Shown: piece after piece, positions 9,002-13,500 of the stretch
Numbering within the stretch: position 1 is the first letter of the stretch
How the letters are laid out: the number at the start of each line of letters is the position of its first letter
Virus record (IMG/VR): IMGVR_UViG_3300032293_000813
Coordinates: 151,000 to 164,499 of that record
Length of the DNA: 13,500 bases
Strand: one strand, 5' to 3'
DNA from: a virus
Taxonomy: Duplodnaviria; Heunggongvirae; Uroviricota; Caudoviricetes
Program-made: the position numbers and the translations under genes
The notes under the pieces: model-generated
The model's database searches: none
Told to the model about the DNA's origin: nothing
What the model saw: only the letters and a program-made list of their open reading frames with translations

Positions 9002-9574
9002 TTATTTTATTCTAAAGTTATATCCAAATGTTAAAAAAGGTGTTGGAGGTGCGTAATCAGTTCTCATTGTTACTCCTACTCCTATTTGATAAATATCACT
9101 TTTTTTACTCTTAATCAACAAATTAGCACCATACCAATCAACAATTTGTTTTGAATTAGCTTTAAGATTATACCCCACATAGTATTCGGTTTGTGGTGGA
9201 ATAGGTGTTGGTAATTCAACGTATTCGGTTCTTACCTTTACAATTGGTTTGGCTTCAACTATCTGTGGTTTTACAATCGTATCATGTACTATAATCGTAT
9301 CATGCATACTTGCTACTTCCAATAATTGAGCAATCTTATCAAACTCAATTTTAGCAGGTATTTGCTTTTCTCTAGTGATGTATTTAGTCTTGTAAATAGT
9401 ATCCAATTGGGTAACTATTTTTTCAAGATAAACCGTATCCGTTGCTGGCTCACTAATAACCGCCGCAGGGATGTTCGTATTGGACTCCTTAACTTTATTG
9501 CTAAGATTACCACACTTTAATACTAATAGCACTCCCACTATTAATATTACCACAAATATAACCACTTTTTTCAT
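9002..9574 (-). CDS. Hypothetical membrane-anchored or secreted protein
   Basis: MKK + hydrophobic stretch + Cys; DTV/DTI repeats ([11 protein letters not shown]); beta-rich C-terminus. ATG 9574 preferred over the track start at 9580. Confidence 0.7.
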   Translation of the reverse strand: MKKVVIFVVILIVGVLLVLKCGNLSNKVKESNTNIPAAVISEPATDTVYLEKIVTQLDTIYKTKYITREKQIPAKIEFDKIAQLLEVASMHDTIIVHDTIVKPQIVEAKPIVKVRTEYVELPTPIPPQTEYYVGYNLKANSKQIVDWYGANLLIKSKKSDIYQIGVGVTMRTDYAPPTPFLTFGYNFRIK

Positions 9575-9594
9575 TTTCACCCATAGATAGAATC

Positions 9595-9852
9595 TTAGTA
9601 GATATTATCATCCTCATCTATCTTAAAATCTATTATCATTTGTCTTCTTCTAGCTTCTTCAGCTTCTCTATACCATCGAATCCAAGTTAAGGATACATCG
9701 ATAGGTGCAAGAATCCACGCCATCACCACCACCATAATAGTATCCATTTCAGGAGAACCACCTGTAGGGTCATTACTATATCTTTTATTTAGATTTTTAA
9801 ATAACTGATAGAAACAATAGATAACACAAATTACATAATAACTAATAAACAT
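9595..9852 (-). CDS. Small membrane protein (85 aa)
   Basis: Two hydrophobic segments; first gene after the promoter at 9872-9903. Confidence 0.7.
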   Translation of the reverse strand: MFISYYVICVIYCFYQLFKNLNKRYSNDPTGGSPEMDTIMVVVMAWILAPIDVSLTWIRWYREAEEARRRQMIIDFKIDEDDNIY

Positions 9853-9871
9853 AACTTCTTTTTAATTTAAA

Positions 9872-9903
9872 CAAATATACGAAATTTATTTCAAACTTGC
9901 AAA
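9872..9903 (-). promoter_or_regulatory. Bacteroidota-type promoter
   Basis: TTTG (9903-9900), 20-nt spacer, TATATTTG (9879-9872). Confidence 0.75.
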
Positions 9904-9911
9904 TATTTTTG

Positions 9912-9982
9912 TTATTCGGGCTGGATTCGAACCAGAACTAATTGTACCAAAAACAATTGTGCTACCGTTACACCACCGAACA
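9912..9982 (-). tRNA. tRNA-Gln(TTG)
   Basis: TGTTCGG/CCGAATA acceptor, ATTGT-TTTTGGT-ACAAT, TTCGAAT; one T-stem mismatch. Confidence 0.9.
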
Positions 9983-9987
9983 ATAAT

Positions 9988-10058
9988 CTCAAGCATTCTA
10001 CTTCTCGCAACAGAAATTGTATCTTACTTAGCCCTGCTGTGCGATACGGGTACTTGAG
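9988..10058 (-). ncRNA. Candidate structured spacer RNA (closing stem + pseudoknot + hairpin)
   Basis: CTCAAGTA/TGCTTGAG closing stem; crossing CCC/GGG and GTATC/GATAC; TTTCT-GTTGCG-AGAAG hairpin. Confidence 0.4.
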
Positions 10059-10062
10059 TTTG

Positions 10063-10134
10063 AGCAGATGAGAGGAATCGAACCTCCGTCTCCTACTTGG
10101 AAGGAAGGAGTAATGGCCATTATACGACATCTGC
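10063..10134 (-). tRNA. tRNA-Gly(TCC)
   Basis: GCAGATG/CATCTGC acceptor, loop CTTCCAA, U73. Confidence 0.93.
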
Positions 10135-10143
10135 TTAAAAAAT

Positions 10144-10190
10144 GGTGGATAGAAAACATCTATCTTCCTTTCGGCACTCCACCGGATGCC
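10144..10190 (-). ncRNA. Candidate pseudoknot RNA, copy A
   Basis: GGCAT-CC-GGTGG-A-GTGCC...GAAG-ATAGA-TGTTT-TCTAT-CCACC; same architecture as 13393-13437. Confidence 0.5.
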
Positions 10191-10195
10191 CACTG

Positions 10196-10269
10196 TGGAC
10201 CAGATAGGAATCGAACCTATTACCTTCGCATTATGAGTGCGCTGCTCTAACCGAATGAGCTACAAGTCC
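10196..10269 (-). tRNA. tRNA with CAT anticodon, probably Ile2 (lysidine type)
   Basis: GGACTTG/CTGGTCC acceptor, A73, GCGCA-CTCATAA-TGCGA; body resembles bacterial tRNA-Ile2; Met not excluded. Confidence 0.85.
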
Positions 10270-10270
10270 A

Positions 10271-10318
10271 TATCGTTTAATCTAACGATAAAATCTGATA
10301 TCGTTTCTTTCAACGATA
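10271..10318. repeat. Tandem inverted repeats TATCGTT-N6-AACGATA (x2)
   Basis: 10271-10290 and 10299-10318; identical 7-bp arms, different 6-nt centres. Confidence 0.8.
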
Positions 10319-10325
10319 AATAAGG

Positions 10326-10445
10326 TGCCGGAGGAGAGATTGGTTACTCACACGATGTCCACTTAGGATACACCACCTTTCTAGAATTACGGTACGTCTA
10401 ATAGTTCTTATTCGAAACTCAAACTATTCTTTCCGCCACTCCGGC
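10326..10445 (-). ncRNA. tRNA-Leu-derived tRNA-like RNA with D-loop hairpin insertion and remodelled T-loop
   Basis: Perfect GCCGGAG/CTCCGGC acceptor + A73-CC; D stem GCG/CGT; inserted AATAGTT/AACTATT hairpin; 17-nt weakly paired anticodon arm; long variable arm; T loop TAACCAAT. Confidence 0.65.
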
Positions 10446-10451
10446 ATATTG

Positions 10452-10525
10452 TGGAGGTGATAGGAGTCGAACCTACTACCCTCTGCGTGCAAGGCAGATG
10501 CTCTAGCCAAATGAGCTACACCCCC
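10452..10525 (-). tRNA. tRNA-Ala(TGC)
   Basis: GGGGGTG/CACCTCC with G3:U70, TCTGC-CTTGCAC-GCAGA. Confidence 0.96.
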
Positions 10526-10637
10526 AATTAATGTAATGTCTGTACGGTTTGTGTCTTATCCACACTTTTATTGTGCTTCATTAGTTTCCATTTCATACTT
10601 AGCGTCCGTTCCGTCATTCTTTCGAATCATTACACCG

Positions 10638-10723
10638 TACCAGAGGTGGGAGTCGAACCCACACGAGCGATTTATGCTCAACAGATTTTAAGTCTGTCAT
10701 GTCTACCATTCCATCACTCCGGC
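10638..10723 (-). tRNA. tRNA-Leu(TAA)
   Basis: GCCGGAG/CTCTGGT, ACAGA-CTTAAAA-TCTGT, long variable arm, A73. Confidence 0.95.
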
Positions 10724-10739
10724 ATCTATTCTAATTATT

Positions 10740-11174
10740 CTAATTTAATTTACTTAATATTACTCCTCTAAGTTTAGTATGATTGTCATCTGGATTAATT
10801 AAGATGTCAATTTTATTTTTCCATCGTGGATTCATTAAATCCCTAACGTAATAAACTCCATTGTATTTTCCAGCATTTGATACTCTTACTTTTTCACCAA
10901 ATTTAAATTTCTTTTTTATATCTCTACTTACCGCAATCACTCTATCTTTTTTAGGATTGTCTTCATCCAATTCAAACCCACTCGCAGTTTCTAATGGAGT
11001 ATCATCAGTTTGTAAAGGGTCAATTGTATATGTAGTCATCGTAACAACAAATTTCTTAACTTCCTTAACAACTTCTTCCTTTACCATAGTTTCAATTGCA
11101 AATGGATTAAGTGTTTTTAAGTTTGTCGGTACAACTATACCAACAATCATTAATACTAATATTAATCTTTTCAT
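10740..11174 (-). CDS. 3D-domain (RlpA-like double-psi barrel) protein with N-terminal signal; putative peptidoglycan-acting enzyme
   Basis: VTMTTY...QTDDTP.ETASG, IAVSRD, FGEKVRV, YYVRD, KIDIL pattern. Confidence 0.75.
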   Translation of the reverse strand: MKRLILVLMIVGIVVPTNLKTLNPFAIETMVKEEVVKEVKKFVVTMTTYTIDPLQTDDTPLETASGFELDEDNPKKDRVIAVSRDIKKKFKFGEKVRVSNAGKYNGVYYVRDLMNPRWKNKIDILINPDDNHTKLRGVILSKLN

Positions 11175-11213
11175 AGTTTATGTTTATGGTTACTAATAAT
11201 TATAACACTTCTG

Positions 11214-11287
<74 letters not shown>

Positions 11288-11292
11288 AAATC

Positions 11293-11457
11293 GTTGTTTC
11301 AACTTGCAAGTTTACTCTTAACATCTCTTTCTCTACAACGTCTGAATCTAATCAACATTTGTAGTCCGAATGTAGCTTTTGGGTAATTACTCCAGCGCTT
11401 CTATGTAACTCTATGTGCCTTACTTTGTTACTAAGTGTGTTAAGTGTATGAAACAAC
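11293..11457 (-). ncRNA. Candidate 165-nt multibranched structured RNA between tRNA-Asp and tRNA-Arg
   Basis: Perfect 9-bp closing stem GTTGTTTCA/TGAAACAAC, nested CTTAACA/TGTTAAG, internal CTACAA(A)TGTT/GACGTTGTAG stem, AACTTGCAAGTT palindrome. Confidence 0.5.
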
Positions 11458-11460
11458 TTG

Positions 11461-11534
11461 CGGAATGTATGGGACTCGAACCCATGACCTCATCCGTGAC
11501 AGGGATGCATTCTAACCAACTGAACTAACACTCC
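11461..11534 (-). tRNA. tRNA-Asp(GTC)
   Basis: GGAGTGT/ACATTCC, CATCC-CTGTCAC-GGATG, G73. Confidence 0.96.
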
Positions 11535-11539
11535 AACTG

Positions 11540-11613
11540 AGCCTCCTGTCGGATTCGAACCAACGACCACCTGATTACAAATCAGGAGCTCTGGCCAACT
11601 GAGCTAAGGAGGC
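11540..11613 (-). tRNA. tRNA-Thr(TGT)
   Basis: GCCTCCT/AGGAGGC, CCTGA-TTTGTAA-TCAGG. Confidence 0.96.
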
Positions 11614-11618
11614 AATTT

Positions 11619-11682
11619 ATAGGTGGGGCTTAATTATTTAACTCTGTACCGCCATTAAGTCTTTAATGCTTTAGACACCTAT
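11619..11682 (-). ncRNA. Candidate 64-nt structured spacer RNA
   Basis: ATAGGTG/CACCTAT closing stem, CATTAA-AGAC-TTAATG hairpin whose loop could pair with upstream GTCT. Confidence 0.3.
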
Positions 11683-11684
11683 TG

Positions 11685-11756
11685 TACTCAGTACGGGATT
11701 CGAACCCGTATTACATCCGTGAAAGGGATGTGACCTAACCCTTAGTCGAACTGAGC
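11685..11756 (-). tRNA. tRNA-Glu(TTC)
   Basis: GCTCAGT/ACTGAGT, CATCC-CTTTCAC-GGATG. Confidence 0.95.
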
Positions 11757-11761
11757 GTTTG

Positions 11762-12160
11762 TTAAAAAGGTAAACTTATAGAACTACTATTAAATGTAGC
11801 TTTATGTTTTATCTTTTGTATTTCCGCCACTAATTTCAAATAACTATCAACCATACTATTCTTATGTAACTCTTCACATACTTGCCTAAGAAACTGATTC
11901 ATATCCCACATATCTTTTCTACGAAATATCCTTTTGATATTCGGAGTAATCTGAGTAGGAACTACATAAGCAGTCATCCAAAACTCTGTATCCTTTGCTT
12001 CTAATGTTACTCTCAATAATGTGTCTCCGATGTTATCAGAATTATCCATTTCTAATACATAGAAATCATCCTTATCCGTATAAGTAGAGGATATGGATAG
12101 CCCTGCCCCACTTATGAATACACTCCTATACCTTAACTTATCCCATCCTTTTATTATCAT
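11762..12160 (-). CDS. Hypothetical protein (132 aa)
   Basis: ORF with its own promoter at 12168; no recognised family. Confidence 0.7.
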   Translation of the reverse strand: MIIKGWDKLRYRSVFISGAGLSISSTYTDKDDFYVLEMDNSDNIGDTLLRVTLEAKDTEFWMTAYVVPTQITPNIKRIFRRKDMWDMNQFLRQVCEELHKNSMVDSYLKLVAEIQKIKHKATFNSSSISLPF

Positions 12161-12167
12161 AACTTTA

Positions 12168-12199
12168 CAAAGATACGAAAAAACATCGATATAACCTAA
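12168..12199 (-). promoter_or_regulatory. Bacteroidota-type promoter
   Basis: TATCTTTG at 12175-12168 within TTTTCGTATCTTTGT; degenerate -33 (TTAG) 20 nt upstream. Confidence 0.7.
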
Positions 12200-12219
12200 T
12201 ATTTCTTCATTTATTTCCG

Positions 12220-12305
12220 CAGAGAGTGAGGGGCTCGAACCCTCGCGGCTTTAACACCCTAACGATTTAGCAAACCGTCCCCTTCACCAACTTGGGTAAC
12301 TCTCT
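12220..12305 (-). tRNA. tRNA-Ser(GCT)
   Basis: AGAGAGT/ACTCTCT, ACGGT-TTGCTAA-ATCGT, long variable arm, G73. Confidence 0.95.
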
Positions 12306-12307
12306 AT

Positions 12308-12384
12308 TGGGGTGTCTAATGAGGTTCGAACTCATTCTATCAGTACCACAAACTGACGTGCTAACCGTTAACACTATAAACACC
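12308..12384 (-). tRNA. tRNA-His(GTG) with encoded G-1 and CCA
   Basis: G-1:C73 pair, TCAGT-TTGTGGT-ACTGA, 3' CCA. Confidence 0.95.
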
Positions 12385-12393
12385 ATTTTAATT

Positions 12394-12660
12394 CTATTCT
12401 TTGGCCGCTTCAGCCCAATTCTCATTAACCATTGACCAATAGTTTTTGTTTAAGTAGATAATATCATATCCACTATCGTTTCTATCTATGAAGATGATTC
12501 CTTTCTTAACCAATGAACCCAACGCTCCTCTGATTGTCTTTGTTGGGATGCCCATTTCTTCACTCAAATCGTTTACATCCACATCTGAATAACCAGGTTC
12601 CGCATATAAACAACTGATGAAAGTACTTAACGTTTTGTCTTCTAACCATGTAATGTTCAT
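12394..12660 (-). CDS. Putative winged helix-turn-helix DNA-binding protein
   Basis: DVNDLSEEMGIPTKTIRGALGSLVKKGIIFIDR: HTH followed by a beta wing. Confidence 0.7.
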   Translation of the reverse strand: MNITWLEDKTLSTFISCLYAEPGYSDVDVNDLSEEMGIPTKTIRGALGSLVKKGIIFIDRNDSGYDIIYLNKNYWSMVNENWAEAAKE

Positions 12661-12679
12661 AACTTTTATATTTTAAGGT

Positions 12680-12919
12680 TTAATAATTATTTCTCTTTGC
12701 ACCGAATGGTAATCTATCATCACACTTAGGTCGTAACATCTTTCGGCCTAGCAACTCCCACTTAGCTCTCTCATATCTCTCCATACTAATAGCACCCATC
12801 TCAATGTGATACTCCATATTCAACTCATAAGGGTCAACACCCGTATAAAGAGCAGTGCTCTCTAAGAAATCAACATACTCAACAACACTCATCAAAGCCA
12901 AATTGGGTAAATTAGTCAT
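12680..12919 (-). CDS. Hypothetical protein (79 aa)
   Basis: First ORF after the promoter at 12955-12986. Confidence 0.65.
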   Translation of the reverse strand: MTNLPNLALMSVVEYVDFLESTALYTGVDPYELNMEYHIEMGAISMERYERAKWELLGRKMLRPKCDDRLPFGAKRNNY

Positions 12920-12954
12920 ATCTTTTATCTTTATGTTTAACTCTTATTACATAG

Positions 12955-12986
12955 TAAAGGTAATACATTTTGTATTAAAAGTCAAG
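12955..12986 (-). promoter_or_regulatory. Bacteroidota-type promoter, variant -7 box TACCTTTA
   Basis: CTTG (12986-12983), 20-nt spacer containing the palindrome AATACA-N3-TGTATT, TACCTTTA; downstream CTTTACTATGTAA identical to the 7056 promoter. Confidence 0.65.
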
Positions 12987-13006
12987 CTTTATTTCATTTA
13001 TTTTTG

Positions 13007-13076
13007 TCGCATGTATGAGGTTCGAACTCATTTGGTCATCCTTATGAGAGATAACTCTTTTCCACTAAGCCATGCA
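13007..13076 (-). tRNA. Degenerate CAT-anticodon tRNA (Met-like; possible pseudogene)
   Basis: Intact T arm ATGAG-TTCGAAC-CTCAT and CTCATAA loop; acceptor TGCATG/CATGCG; about 3 nt missing between acceptor and D arm. Confidence 0.55.
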
Positions 13077-13081
13077 GTTTG

Positions 13082-13152
13082 AGGTGAATATTGGATTTGA
13101 ACCAATGTGAATGGTTTTGCAGACCACCTCCTCGCCTCTCGGACAATTCACC
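13082..13152 (-). tRNA. tRNA-Cys(GCA)
   Basis: GGTGAAT/ATTCACC, GTGGT-CTGCAAA-ACCAT, U73. Confidence 0.94.
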
Positions 13153-13158
13153 CTATTG

Positions 13159-13230
13159 TAGCCCCTAAAGGATTCGAACCCTTACTAAAACATCCGTAGT
13201 GTTTCGTGCTATCCGTTACACCAAAGAGCC
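13159..13230 (-). tRNA. tRNA-Arg(ACG)
   Basis: GGCTCTT/AGGGGCT, AAACA-CTACGGA-TGTTT. Confidence 0.93.
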
Positions 13231-13236
13231 AAATTG

Positions 13237-13307
13237 CACCCCCTGAAAGATTCGAACTTTCATCTGCGGTTTTGGAGACCGATATGCTACCATTGCACCA
13301 AAGAGAT
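13237..13307 (-). tRNA. tRNA-Trp(CCA)
   Basis: ATCTCTT/AGGGGGT with three G:U pairs, TCGGT-CTCCAAA-ACCGC, G73. Confidence 0.92.
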
Positions 13308-13312
13308 GTGTG

Positions 13313-13386
13313 TTGGAATAGATGGACTCGAACCATCGACATTCACCGTATCAGGATGACACTCTAACCAACTGAGTTATATTCCA
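13313..13386 (-). tRNA. tRNA-Ile(GAT)
   Basis: TGGAATA/TATTCCA, TCATC-CTGATAC-GGTGA. Confidence 0.95.
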
Positions 13387-13392
13387 ATAAGT

Positions 13393-13437
13393 GGTGGATG
13401 TATGCTCATCACATACTTCATTGGCTTCCACCGAGCC
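13393..13437 (-). ncRNA. Candidate pseudoknot RNA, copy B
   Basis: GGCT-C-GGTGG-A-AGCC-AATGAA-GTATG-TGATGAG-CATAC-AT-CCACC; same architecture as 10144-10190. Confidence 0.5.
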
Positions 13438-13439
13438 TA

Positions 13440-13500
13440 TGGTCGGAATAGCAGGATTCGAACCTGCGTGCTCCACATCCCAAATGTGGCGAGATAGACC
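13440..13500 (-). tRNA. tRNA-Pro(TGG), 5' end outside the window
   Basis: CCACA-TTTGGGA-TGTGG, GCAGG-TTCGAAT-CCTGC, A73-CCA. Confidence 0.9.

Noticed and set aside
10024-10047. GCACAG..GGGC resemblance to the c-di-GMP-I riboswitch 5' region
   Set aside because: Lacks the GNRA tetraloop/receptor P2-P3 architecture and is not upstream of a CDS.
9912-10193. Minus-strand 93-aa ORF; also 13148-13342
   Set aside because: They run across several clear tRNA genes and have no coding features.
10271-10318. CRISPR mini-array
   Set aside because: Only two 20-bp palindromic units with an 8-nt gap; repeat and spacer lengths do not fit, and there are no cas genes in the window.
13401-13416. TGATGAG in pseudoknot copy B as a hammerhead core
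   Set aside because: No preceding C, no downstream GAAA or NUH, and absent from copy A.

Overview
AT-rich window in which essentially every supported feature lies on the minus strand. It is most consistent with a large or jumbo bacteriophage infecting Bacteroidota; this is inferred from TAnnTTTG-type promoters, a Bacteroidota-like GroEL, a T4 Rnl1-type ligase and many small hypothetical genes. Left half (1-8732): groEL (partial) and groES, a 2OG-Fe(II) hydroxylase-like gene, and a nucleic-acid repair cluster of Rnl1-like RNA ligase, P-loop polynucleotide-kinase-like protein, calcineurin-like phosphoesterase and ATP-dependent DNA ligase, followed by an RNase H-like YkuK/DUF458 protein, apt and rmlC. 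Right half (8749-13500): an array of 18 tRNA genes (one degenerate, one cut by the window edge) interleaved with a few CDSs. The most striking content is inside the array: (i) a 148-nt tRNA-like RNA with a GUC anticodon and a 79-nt branched variable arm; (ii) a 120-nt tRNA-Leu-derived RNA with a hairpin inserted in the D-loop, a rebuilt T-loop and a non-Leu anticodon register; (iii) several self-closing structured spacer RNAs between tRNAs, two of which share a covarying pseudoknot. All RNA structures were folded by eye and no database search was possible, so novelty is unconfirmed.
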